Source: Anaerolineae bacterium (GTDB taxonomy: Bacteria; Chloroflexota; Anaerolineae; Anaerolineales; E44-bin32). Taken from it: a DNA stretch of 64,000 nucleotides. A model generated the notes under the pieces. The model had not been told where the DNA came from and did no database searches. It saw only the letters and a program-made list of their open reading frames with translations. Every line of letters starts with the position of its first letter. Positions within the stretch are counted from its first letter, which is position 1. Shown here in pieces: positions 34,920-43,492 of the stretch. The stretch lies in the NCBI GenBank assembly GCA_036986135.1, contig BTQZ01000004.1, positions 44,093 to 108,092 on the forward strand. Direction: 5' to 3'. A program made the position numbers and the translations under genes.

Positions 34920-36854
34920 TTGAGATCCCCTTCAAAAGCAAGGCGTCCCATATCCGAACAACCCAAACCATGGCGAAACCCCAAGGTGCTGACCTCCCTG
35001 GCCTCTGGTCTGCTGCTGCTGGTCGGCTGGCTGATCGGGTTGGCTGGCGCGCCGGAGATCGCCTCGACAGCGATCTACGCGACTGCCATCCTCATCGGCG
35101 GCTACTACTTTGGCCGCGAGGCGCTGGAGGAGCTGATCTTCAAGCGCGAGATCGGCATCGAGCTGTTGATGAGCATCGCCGCGCTCGTAGCCGCCATTAT
35201 GGGACAGCCCGCCGAGGGAGCCATGCTGGTGTTCCTGTACTCCATTTCGGAGGCCGCGGAGGAATACGCCGAGGAAAAAACTCGTTCATCCATCCGGGCC
35301 TTGATGGACCTGGCGCCAAAGACGGCGCTGGTGCGTCGCGGGGATCGTGAAGTCGAGATTCCGGTCGAGGATTTGGCGCTCGGCGACATTTTCATCGTCA
35401 AACCCGGGCAATCCATCGCCACAGACGGCAGAATCCTGATTGGTGACTCAAGCGTCAACCAGGCTCCGGTCACCGGTGAGAGTGTACCGGTTGAAAAGCA
35501 GACCGGCGACACGGTCTTCGCCGGCAGTATCAACGGCGAGGGCGCGCTCGAGGTGCGCGCCATCAAGACCGCTGCGGACAACACCCTCAGTCGCATCATA
35601 CACATGGTGGAGGAAGCCCGGGAAAGAAAAGGCAAAAGCCAGCGCTTCATCGATCGCTTTGGCGAACGCTACAGCCCAGCGATCCTGCTGGTTGGGGTGC
35701 TGATCGCCCTCTTACCGCCGCTGCTTTTTGGCGTTGACTGGACGACCTCGATCACCCGCGCCACCGTGTTCATGGTCGCTGCGGCACCCTGCGCACTGGT
35801 GATCTCCATCCCGATCACCCTCGTGGCCTCACTGGGAACCGGTGCCAGGCAGGGGGTGCTGATAAAGGGCGGGATGTACTTGGAGGAATTAGCAAAGGTA
35901 CGGGTTGTGGCAATGGACAAGACCGGTACCCTGACGCGCGGCGAGCCGGATGTGACAGACGTGCTTGTGTGCCATCAGGAACAGGAGGGGCTGCCGACCT
36001 CACCTCAACAGGTGCTATCCCTGGCGGCAGGCGTCGAGCGGCTCAGTGAACACCCCCTGGCGCGAGCCATCGTCCGGTACGCCGAATCGCAGACGGAGGT
36101 TCCCGCGGAGACCCGAGAATTTCAGTCGCTCACTGGCGCTGGCGCAGTGGCACATTCGAACGGCACCACGGTATACGTCGGCAGCCCTGAGTTGTTCGAC
36201 CGTCGCCTGGGTGTGTCGCTCGACAGCGCTTGGGGCGACATCCGCCGCCTACAGGAGGAAGGCAAGACAGTGGTCGTCGTGGGGGACCAAGATCAACCTT
36301 GGGGCCTGATCGGCATCCGTGACAACCTCAGGCCGAACGCACGCCAGGCCATCCACGCGCTACATGAATCGGGCGCGCAGAAGGTCGTCATGCTTACCGG
36401 TGATAACGCCCGCACGGCCCGGGCCCTTGCCCACGAAGTAGGAATCGATGAGTTCCACGCCCAGCTCAAGCCAGAGGACAAAGTGGTCAAGGTGCGCGAG
36501 CTGTCCGAGCGCTACGGACACGTGGCAATGGTTGGCGACGGCGTGAATGACGCGCCCGCGCTGGCCGAGGCTACGGTGGGGGTGGCAATGGGCGCAGCCG
36601 GAACAGATGTGGCGCTGGAAACTGCCGACGTAGCGCTGATGGCCGATGATCTCGAAAAGCTAGCCTACGCTCTGCAGCTGGCGAAGCGCAATCAGTCCGT
36701 GGTTAACCAAAACCTTGTGCTCTCTGCCATCGTAATCAGTACGCTGGTGATCGGCGCCGTTGTGGGATGGCTCACCCTCCCGCTCGCCATATTGGGGCAT
36801 GAGATCAGCGAGTTCGTTGTGATCGGCAACGGCCTGCGGATGTTGCGCTCCTAA
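34920..36854 (+). CDS. Heavy-metal P1B-type ATPase without N-terminal metal-binding domain, P1B-4-like (Co/Zn/Ni/Fe-type), TM4 motif APC
   Basis: 644 aa. DKTGTLT, TGDN, GDGVNDAP. TM4 reads AAAPCALVISIP, and the last TM reads GHEISEFVVIGNGLRML (HE..-type P1B-4 signature as I recall it). TTG start is uncertain. Confidence 0.9.
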   Translation: MRSPSKARRPISEQPKPWRNPKVLTSLASGLLLLVGWLIGLAGAPEIASTAIYATAILIGGYYFGREALEELIFKREIGIELLMSIAALVAAIMGQPAEGAMLVFLYSISEAAEEYAEEKTRSSIRALMDLAPKTALVRRGDREVEIPVEDLALGDIFIVKPGQSIATDGRILIGDSSVNQAPVTGESVPVEKQTGDTVFAGSINGEGALEVRAIKTAADNTLSRIIHMVEEARERKGKSQRFIDRFGERYSPAILLVGVLIALLPPLLFGVDWTTSITRATVFMVAAAPCALVISIPITLVASLGTGARQGVLIKGGMYLEELAKVRVVAMDKTGTLTRGEPDVTDVLVCHQEQEGLPTSPQQVLSLAAGVERLSEHPLARAIVRYAESQTEVPAETREFQSLTGAGAVAHSNGTTVYVGSPELFDRRLGVSLDSAWGDIRRLQEEGKTVVVVGDQDQPWGLIGIRDNLRPNARQAIHALHESGAQKVVMLTGDNARTARALAHEVGIDEFHAQLKPEDKVVKVRELSERYGHVAMVGDGVNDAPALAEATVGVAMGAAGTDVALETADVALMADDLEKLAYALQLAKRNQSVVNQNLVLSAIVISTLVIGAVVGWLTLPLAILGHEISEFVVIGNGLRMLRS

Positions 36855-37038
36855 GCCCTGTACGCTCCATATCTGTAATCGGTGACCGGGCTCACAGCCT
36901 GCCAGGCCGCCAGCCTGACCCCGTCCGTCCCGCCCCTACCGCGACCAATCTGCCCGCTATGACATCGCTCATGACTTCAGGCCAGATCCAGAGATTCATC
37001 GAGGTCCGAAGTCTTCCCGAATCACCATCGACGATCGC

Positions 37039-37067
37039 TTGACACCGGCCACATATGAATGTAATAT
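37039..37067 (+). promoter_or_regulatory. Near-consensus sigma-70 promoter for the second ArsR operon
   Basis: TTGACA (37039..37044), 17-nt spacer, TAATAT (37062..37067). Confidence 0.6.
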
Positions 37068-37068
37068 C

Positions 37069-37102
37069 GTGTCATATCTGAATAATTGTTCAGATATCAC
37101 AC
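37069..37102 (+). promoter_or_regulatory. ArsR/SmtB-type operator: 14-bp inverted repeat (1 mismatch) covering the predicted transcription start
   Basis: GTGTCATATCTGAA-TAATTG-TTCAGATATCACAC. The core ATATCTGAA / TTCAGATAT is perfect. Confidence 0.55.
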
Positions 37103-37103
37103 T

Positions 37104-37424
37104 ATGACATCGGATAAGAAAAACGCGGCTCGGGATGTGCTGGACGAGCAGATTGCTGCCCAGACGGCCGAGCTGTTTCGTGCATTGAGCGACACGAGCC
37201 GCGTACGTATCATTTCTGCGCTGGCAGAGGGAGAAATGAACGTGGGCCCATTGGCAGAGGCTGTGGGCATCAGCGAGTCGGCGGTCTCACACCATTTGCG
37301 CGGGCTAAGGCAGATGCGGATGGTCCGCGCCCGGAAAGCGGGGCGCGAAGTCTTCTACAGCCTAGACGACGATCACATCGTCGATTTGTTCAAGCGTGGG
37401 CTAGATCATGTACTGCATGGCTGA
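37104..37424 (+). CDS. ArsR/SmtB-family metalloregulator (CzrA/NmtR-like, C-terminal His/Asp site)
   Basis: ATG at 37104. LFRALSDTSRVRIISALAEGEMNVGPLAEAVGISESAVSHHLRGL and DDDHIVDLFKRGLDHVLHG. Confidence 0.85.
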   Translation: MTSDKKNAARDVLDEQIAAQTAELFRALSDTSRVRIISALAEGEMNVGPLAEAVGISESAVSHHLRGLRQMRMVRARKAGREVFYSLDDDHIVDLFKRGLDHVLHG

Positions 37425-37737
37425 CAGGGATATCGCCCCGCGCACAATCTTGCGGGTCATTGTCCTTCTGATCCTGATTCTGCTGCTGCTGAGTATCCTG
37501 GGCCACTACGCCGGCGACGCATTTGCGCCTTCACCAGTCCCCATGTCATCAACGCTGCAAGGCTCAATGGGCGCGAACACGCTGATCGCTCATCCGGTCC
37601 ACTACGCCTTATCTTGGGCTTGGACCGTAGGCCTGGGAATGCTCATCGGCCTTATTTTCAAATTGGCGATGCCCTTTCAGTTCGACGCTTCTAGATCCTT
37701 CCCTCCTCCAGATCGCCCCCCAATCATCACTTCTTGA
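37417..37737 (+). CDS. Hypothetical small membrane protein between the ArsR and CDF genes
   Basis: Two hydrophobic segments (ILRVIVLLILILLLLSIL, WAWTVGLGMLIGLIFKL). The start overlaps the ArsR stop (ATGGCTGA). No homology recognised. Confidence 0.4.
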   Translation: MADRDIAPRTILRVIVLLILILLLLSILGHYAGDAFAPSPVPMSSTLQGSMGANTLIAHPVHYALSWAWTVGLGMLIGLIFKLAMPFQFDASRSFPPPDRPPIITS

Positions 37738-37896
37738 TATCGATAAGCGCACTGTGTGCCCGCTGTACGGGTGATCCCCACCGCCCAGCGGGGCTGGGCC
37801 TGCTGACCTTCACGGTGCCGGAAAATCCCGTGCTGGTGTCACCGGCGGGGGTTATTGGACGAGGATCGACTTGCAGCAGCTGGGACACTAAGGAAC

Positions 37897-38805
37897 ATGA
37901 CTGAAGCAGTGATGAAAGAGACATTGTCGGCCACGGCGGAGCACCGCCGGGCTTTGAGAATCACTTTCGCTCTCACTTTAGGTTACTTCGTCGTCGAGAT
38001 CGTGGGAGGGATTCTGACGAACAGCCTGGCACTGTTGGCGGACGCGGCGCATATGCTCACAGATGTCGGCGGGCTAGGGCTGGCGCTGTTCGCCGCGTGG
38101 ATGTCTCAGAAGCCGGCGACGCCTGACAAGACCTATGGCTACTACCGCGTCGAGATTCTCGCCGCGCTGGCGAACGCCTTGGCCCTGTTTCTCATCTCGT
38201 TCTATATCCTGTTCGAGGCATACCGCCGTTTTCAAGAGCCGCAGGAAGTGGCCAGCTTGCCGATGCTCGCCGTAGCAGTGGTCGGTCTGGCCGTGAATCT
38301 GGTCGGCATTTGGCTTCTGCGGCGGGGCGCAGAGGAGAGCCTGAATGTGCGGGGCGCATTCCTGGAAGTCATCAGCGATACCCTTGGCTCCTTGGGGGTG
38401 ATCATCGCCAGCTTGATCATGCTGACCACCGGCTGGTTTTACGCTGACCCGATTTTCAGTGTGCTGATCGGCGTGTTCATCCTCCCTCGGACCTGGGTGC
38501 TGATGAAGCAGGCGGTGAATGTCTTGCTCGAGGCTACGCCGGCACACATCAACTTGAAGGCGGTCGAGGAGGCGATGGGTGCCGTGCCTGGCGTCGAGGC
38601 GGTTCATGATCTACACGTATGGACCATCACCTCGGGGTTGGAATCGCTGAGCGCCCATGTGGTGCTTGCCGATGAGATCGACTCGGGCGAGGCGCAGGCA
38701 ATTCTGGAGACGCTTAGCGCGCGGCTGAAAGAGGAATTCAGCATCGACCACACTACGCTGCAACTGGAACATGCCAGTTTGGCGGGAAGCGAAACACGAC
38801 TGTGA
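37897..38805 (+). CDS. Cation diffusion facilitator (CzcD/ZitB-type) metal efflux protein
   Basis: ATG at 37897 (AAGGAAC upstream). NSLALLADAAHMLTDV, 6 TM, and a C-terminal cytoplasmic domain with DLHVWTITSG. Confidence 0.9.
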   Translation: MTEAVMKETLSATAEHRRALRITFALTLGYFVVEIVGGILTNSLALLADAAHMLTDVGGLGLALFAAWMSQKPATPDKTYGYYRVEILAALANALALFLISFYILFEAYRRFQEPQEVASLPMLAVAVVGLAVNLVGIWLLRRGAEESLNVRGAFLEVISDTLGSLGVIIASLIMLTTGWFYADPIFSVLIGVFILPRTWVLMKQAVNVLLEATPAHINLKAVEEAMGAVPGVEAVHDLHVWTITSGLESLSAHVVLADEIDSGEAQAILETLSARLKEEFSIDHTTLQLEHASLAGSETRL

Positions 38806-38812
38806 AAAAGAG

Positions 38813-41032
38813 ATGATTCTCAAAAACCTTCTGCGACGTAAGGCTCGGACCGCGCTGACGTTGATCGGGGTCGCCATCGGTGTGGCGGCCATCGTCGCCC
38901 TGGGAGCTATCGGCTCCGGGCTGACAGACAAGTTCGACGAATTGCTCACCGCCGGCGGGGCCGACCTGACTGTGCTGCAGGCCGGCGCGTCCGAGGCCTT
39001 CTTCAGCGCCGTGGACGTGAACCTGGCCGGAGATATCGCCGCCGTTCCCGGCGTGGCGCAGGTAGAGGGTGTACTGTTGGGCGTGCTGCCGGTCTCTGGC
39101 TCGCCTTATTTTCTGGTTTATGGCTACGATCCGGCCGGCGCGGGAATCGAGCGTTTCACGGTCACCGAGGGACGCGAGCTGGCGGCTCCCGACGAGATCT
39201 TGCTCGGCCGAATCGCCGCCGGCGGTCTGGGAATCTCTCCCGGAGACAGTATTGCACTCGGGGGGAGCACCTTCCAGGTGTCCGGCCTGTATGAGACAGG
39301 CATAACCTGGGAGGATGGCGGCGCATTGCTCACCCTGGCCGGAGCTCAGAAGATCCTCAAGAAGACGGATCAAGTCAGCATATTCCAGGTCTGGCTGGCA
39401 CCGGGGGCAGACGGTGAAGCAGTGCGGCAACGCATCGAAGCGGGAATCCCGGACGTCGGCGTGCTGCGCGCCAGCGAGGTGGCCGAGAACACCGAGGACA
39501 TACAGGTGATCGGCGCGATGGCCTGGGCCATCGCCTTCATCGCGATCGTGGTGGGCGGCCTGGGCATGATGAACGCCATACTCATGAGCGTCTTCGAGCG
39601 CACGCGGGAGATCGGCGCGCTGCGCGCGCTGGGCTGGTCTCGGTGGGATGTGCTCACCATGATCCTGGGTGAGGCGCTTACGCTGAGCGCCCTGGGATGG
39701 GCCGCCGGCATCCTTATGGCTTGTGTCTTGCTGGCGTACTTGGGCAGCACCGCTTCGGGCCAACTGCTGGGCGGCGAAATCACGTTCGGCTTGCTGTTCC
39801 AATCGGTGGCGGTGACTTTTTTCCTTGGCACGGTGGGAGGTCTTTACCCCGCCTGGCGGGCAGCCCGGATGGCCCCGGCCGATGCGCTGCGTGCCGAGGG
39901 CGGCAACCTCCGCCCCCCTCCGCGCTGGATCCCCATACCAGTTTTGCGAGATGCACTGCGCAATAGGACACGCGGGATACTGACCCTGGGCGGCGTCGCA
40001 CTGGGGGTCGCCGTGGTGGTTGCCCTGGTTGGCCTGGGGGAAGGCTTCGTGGGGCAATATAAACAAGTGTCGACGGCCGACGACACGGACTTGGTGCTTC
40101 GTCAGGCGGATGTCATCGACATTTCTCTCAGCGCGCTGGACGGTGAGAGCGTTGGCGCCTGGCTGTCGGACCAGCCACAGGTGGCTGAACTAGCCGGGCA
40201 GATTATCGGCTTCACCAGCGTGCCGGCTTCCCCATACTTTCTCATCTTCGGCGTTGAGCCAGATGCCTATATCACCGGACGCTACCAGATCACGGAGGGC
40301 CGGACGCTGCGCGGCGGGAGGGAAATCATTATCGGCCGCCAGGCCTCACGCGTGATGGAGTTGGGGGTGGGTGACGAACTCTCCCTGTTCAACGAGCGCT
40401 TTCCCATCGTGGGCATCTTCGAGACCGGCGTGCCCATGCAGGACGGTGCGGCGGTGATGCCCCTGGCCGAAGCCCAGCAGGTCATGCGCCGCCCTGGCCA
40501 AGTCACGCTTTATTTCCTGAGACTGCGCGATCGAGATCAGGCGGATGAGTTCATCGCCGCGATCCAGACTCGTTTCCCGGAGGTTATGTCCTCGCGCGCG
40601 GCGGAGTTCTTTGAAAACACTCGGGACATCCAGATGGTGCGTGGCCTGGAATGGGGGCTGGGAGTGATCGCCTTGCTCGTGGGCGGAGTTGTGATGCTGA
40701 ACACCACGGTGATGAGCGTTTACGAGCGCCGGCGCGAGATCGGCACACTGCGAGCCTTGGGCTGGAGCCGGCTGGCTGTGCTGAGAAAGGTGTCCGGTGA
40801 GGCTCTGGCACTCAGCATCAGCGGCGGACTGCTGGGACTGCTCCTGGGACTGGGATTGGTGAGTCTGGCCCAGCTGGCGCCCGCCGCCCAACTGCTGGTC
40901 GGAGGCGCTTTCACCCCGGCGCTCCTGGCCCAGGCCCTGGGGCTGGCCGTCGGCCTGGGGCTGATCGGTGGAATCTACCCGGCCTGGCGGGCATCACGCC
41001 TGGCCCCGGCTGAGGCGCTGCGATACGAATAG
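38813..41032 (+). CDS. FtsX/MacB-type ABC transporter permease with duplicated FtsX modules
   Basis: ATG at 38813 (MILKNLLRRKARTALTLIGVAIGVAAIV). The second module starts LRNRTRGILTLGGVALGVAVVV. Each half ends with an FtsX-like 3-TM bundle. Confidence 0.85.
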   Translation: MILKNLLRRKARTALTLIGVAIGVAAIVALGAIGSGLTDKFDELLTAGGADLTVLQAGASEAFFSAVDVNLAGDIAAVPGVAQVEGVLLGVLPVSGSPYFLVYGYDPAGAGIERFTVTEGRELAAPDEILLGRIAAGGLGISPGDSIALGGSTFQVSGLYETGITWEDGGALLTLAGAQKILKKTDQVSIFQVWLAPGADGEAVRQRIEAGIPDVGVLRASEVAENTEDIQVIGAMAWAIAFIAIVVGGLGMMNAILMSVFERTREIGALRALGWSRWDVLTMILGEALTLSALGWAAGILMACVLLAYLGSTASGQLLGGEITFGLLFQSVAVTFFLGTVGGLYPAWRAARMAPADALRAEGGNLRPPPRWIPIPVLRDALRNRTRGILTLGGVALGVAVVVALVGLGEGFVGQYKQVSTADDTDLVLRQADVIDISLSALDGESVGAWLSDQPQVAELAGQIIGFTSVPASPYFLIFGVEPDAYITGRYQITEGRTLRGGREIIIGRQASRVMELGVGDELSLFNERFPIVGIFETGVPMQDGAAVMPLAEAQQVMRRPGQVTLYFLRLRDRDQADEFIAAIQTRFPEVMSSRAAEFFENTRDIQMVRGLEWGLGVIALLVGGVVMLNTTVMSVYERRREIGTLRALGWSRLAVLRKVSGEALALSISGGLLGLLLGLGLVSLAQLAPAAQLLVGGAFTPALLAQALGLAVGLGLIGGIYPAWRASRLAPAEALRYE

Positions 41033-41042
41033 GAGACCTGCG

Positions 41043-41834
41043 ATGCACGATCCCAATGCAGTCGTGGAGACCCACGACCTGACCAAAGAGTACAGCAACG
41101 GCGCCCGAGTGCGCGCGCTGGAGGCGGTGAATCTGACCGTGATGCGCGGCGACCTGGCCGCGATCATGGGGCCGTCGGGAAGCGGCAAATCCACCCTGCT
41201 GAATCTGATCGGCGCGCTCGATCGACCAACGACCGGCACGGTGTGCGTCAACGGTCGCGACCTGGCCACCGTAAGCAAGCTAGATCGTTTTCGCTCCCGC
41301 GAGGTAGGCTTTGTCTTCCAATTGCACAACCTGATCCCAACCTTGACCGCGGTCGAGAACGCGGCGGTGCCTATGCGCGGGCAGGGCCTTGCGCGTCGCG
41401 AACGGGAACAGCGCGCTCGATTCCTGCTGGGCCAAGTCGGGCTGGAAGACCGTGCCGATGCCTACACCGCCCAGCTCTCGGGAGGCGAGAGACAGAGAGT
41501 GGCCATCGCGCGTGCTCTGGCCAACCGCCCCTCGCTTATCCTGGCCGACGAGCCAACGGGCAACCTGGATAGTGAGAGCGGTCGAGAAGTGGTGGATTTG
41601 TTTCGCCGCCTCAACGGGGAGGAAGGCGTTACGGTGGTCATCGTCACACATGATCCCATGATGGCTTTGTCCTGCCGGCGCATCGTCACCCTGCGAGACG
41701 GCCAGGTGAACCTGGACGAGGTGGTGGATCAGACTTATGAGAAGGAGATCGAGCACATCCGCGAAACTCCCTTGGGCCGGCTGTTTCTCGGCCGGACGAC
41801 ACCGAGGGATGCGAGGACGGCCGTCCTGACTTGA
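41043..41834 (+). CDS. ABC transporter ATP-binding protein (MacB/LolD-type)
   Basis: ATG at 41043. GPSGSGKST, LSGGERQRVAIARAL, ILADEPTGNLD. Confidence 0.9.
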   Translation: MHDPNAVVETHDLTKEYSNGARVRALEAVNLTVMRGDLAAIMGPSGSGKSTLLNLIGALDRPTTGTVCVNGRDLATVSKLDRFRSREVGFVFQLHNLIPTLTAVENAAVPMRGQGLARREREQRARFLLGQVGLEDRADAYTAQLSGGERQRVAIARALANRPSLILADEPTGNLDSESGREVVDLFRRLNGEEGVTVVIVTHDPMMALSCRRIVTLRDGQVNLDEVVDQTYEKEIEHIRETPLGRLFLGRTTPRDARTAVLT

Positions 41835-41890
41835 TGGCAGCCAATATGCTGGCCGGCGCACCACAGCCATGAGCATTCGCCTGGCATCTA

Positions 41891-42322
41891 CTATCCGTCC
41901 GGTTTGAGCTGGCGATTCTCGATGATGTGACAGAGGTGACCCTTGGCGGCCAGGGTCTCGAGCGGCAGGGCGGCAGCCTCGGCGTGCAGATCTCGCAGCT
42001 CGCGACGCAACTCACGCAAGTCCTCGATCTTGCGCTCAACCTGCTCGATCTTGTCTGAGATCAAATGCAGCACGTAGGGACAGGGAGCTTCGCCCGCTTC
42101 GCGAAAGCTCAGGACCTCACCGATCTCATCCAGCGACAGCTCCAGCGTCCGCGCCCTCCGGATGAAGTCGATGCGCTCCACGTCCGGCGCCCCGTACTGG
42201 CGGTATCCGCTCGGGGTGCGCTTCGGTTCGGGCAGCAGCCCGATTTCCTCGTAATAGCGGATGGTTTTGGGATTTAGATCTAGCTTCTGGGCTACCTGCC
42301 CAATTTGCAGTATCTCCGGCAT
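41891..42322 (-). CDS. MerR-family heavy-metal-responsive regulator (CueR/HmrR-like)
   Basis: 143 aa. IGQVAQKLDLNPKTIRYYEEIGLL HTH. C-terminal ...GHLCHIIEN resembles the CueR C-terminal metal loop. Confidence 0.9.
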   Translation of the reverse strand: MPEILQIGQVAQKLDLNPKTIRYYEEIGLLPEPKRTPSGYRQYGAPDVERIDFIRRARTLELSLDEIGEVLSFREAGEAPCPYVLHLISDKIEQVERKIEDLRELRRELRDLHAEAAALPLETLAAKGHLCHIIENRQLKPDG

Positions 42323-42347
42323 ATCGACCGCTCACTCCTCCCGACGC

Positions 42348-42578
42348 TCATGCCAGCTCGACTTGGTAGCCGATCCGATCTAGTTCGGCTTTCACATTCT
42401 CGAGGTCAGTCTCATCTGGGGCCAGGCTGACCTGAATGGTCTGGGCCTTGTGGTCGGCCTTGACGGACTTCACGCCGGGCAGGTTTGAGAGCGTGAACTC
42501 GGCGGTGTGTTCGCAGCCGGCGCAGTGCAGAGTCTTCTGGCCAACGACTTTCAGTTTGAGCATGTTTATATCGGACAT
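42348..42578 (-). CDS. copZ: Heavy-metal-associated (HMA) domain metallochaperone, CopZ-like
   Basis: I trim to the ATG at 42578 (76 aa; AAGGGGA upstream). LKVVGQKTLHCAGCEHT CxxC motif and ferredoxin-like length. Confidence 0.8.
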   Translation of the reverse strand: MSDINMLKLKVVGQKTLHCAGCEHTAEFTLSNLPGVKSVKADHKAQTIQVSLAPDETDLENVKAELDRIGYQVELA

Positions 42579-42622
42579 CTCGATTTTCCCCTTGTTGGTC
42601 GTATCGCTGGTCACTAGGTACT

Positions 42623-42637
42623 TTCTAGTAACTGGAA
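42623..42637 (-). promoter_or_regulatory. Second, weaker CueR-like dyad upstream of copZ
   Basis: Minus strand TTCCAGTTACTAGAA, one mismatch from a perfect dyad. It has the same half-site as the copA operator, but the flanking -35/-10 elements are poor. Confidence 0.3.
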
Positions 42638-42869
42638 TGTTTAAGCTATGACTCATAGACGCAGCCAGGGCCGATTTCTTACCTTTCTTCGCGCCTCTGC
42701 GTATTGATGGCCTGCGACCCCATTTACGTCTAAGAAAGGCCAACCGCCCAGCGGCGGCGCTTCGCCTGGAGACCGCTGATCTGGCCGCAAGACCTCCAAA
42801 ATGCGTAAGCGGCGGATGCCGCAGGCTTGTGATTGCGAATCTCCTTCGGTCTTAATTCCCGTTGAAGCA

Positions 42870-43487
42870 CTACATCGGGCTGGGTTTGAATTCAATGGAG
42901 CCGCCCCACCCACCCGCGAAATGGTGGGTTATCGCTTGCTCCCCCAAGCTGCGCTCCAGATCGGCCCGCTCGACAAATCTCATCTCAAATGGCTGCTCGA
43001 CCCATTTGGCAACCTGACTCATCGGCCATGCCGGCTGCGACCAGAATAGAGCGAACGCGGCGCCCTTCGGGTCAAGCACGCGGCCGACTTCGTCGAAAAC
43101 CTTGTGCGGTGGCCAGAGGTGGGACAAGGCCCAAGTTGAAATGACCAGATCAAAGGACCGATCGGCGAAGGGCAGGCGCCAGATGTCGCCCTGGAGGAAA
43201 GCCGCGGCCGTTTGGCCGTCCAGCTTGGCCTGAGCCTTCATCAGCATCGCCGGCGTCATGTCGAGGCCGACATAGCTGGCGAAGGGCAGTTCCAACCGTC
43301 GCAAGCGGGCAAGGTTGACGCCGGTGCCGCTCCCCAGATCGAGGATGCGCGTCTCGGGCGTCACGAGGCGGGGCAAGACCTCGCGCTCCAAATAAGCTTC
43401 TGCCCTTCCCATGATCCCCTTAGCCCATGCGCTTCGCACGCCGTCATAAAGCGGCGCTACGAGAGTGTAGATATCGACGATACTCAT
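42870..43487 (-). CDS. Class I SAM-dependent methyltransferase
   Basis: 205 aa. ILDLGSGTGVN motif I and FDLVISTWAL post-II motif. It starts 6 nt after the copA-like stop. Confidence 0.85.
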   Translation of the reverse strand: MSIVDIYTLVAPLYDGVRSAWAKGIMGRAEAYLEREVLPRLVTPETRILDLGSGTGVNLARLRRLELPFASYVGLDMTPAMLMKAQAKLDGQTAAAFLQGDIWRLPFADRSFDLVISTWALSHLWPPHKVFDEVGRVLDPKGAAFALFWSQPAWPMSQVAKWVEQPFEMRFVERADLERSLGEQAITHHFAGGWGGSIEFKPSPM

Positions 43488-43492
43488 TTTTT

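Noticed and set aside
36957-37112. 11-nt direct repeat CTATGACATCG at 36957..36967 and 37102..37112 (the second includes the ArsR start codon)
   Set aside because: It is short, has only two copies and lacks flanking structure. It may be a trace of an old duplication, but it cannot be distinguished from chance.
38753-40066. 437-aa antisense ORF opposite the FtsX permease. Similar long shadow ORFs occur at 3769..4719, 15086..15967, 18818..19768, 24421..25476, 43427..44368 and 44402..45583
   Set aside because: All lie antisense to genes with clear family motifs and have His/Arg/Gly/Pro/Asp-rich low-information sequences with no recognisable domains. Long spurious ORFs are expected in high-GC DNA.
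42579-42743. N-terminal extension of the copZ ORF in the track (131 aa)
   Set aside because: The extension is highly basic (RRKWGRRPSIRRGAKKGKK) and covers the putative operator. A good RBS precedes the internal ATG at 42578, giving a canonical 76-aa HMA protein.
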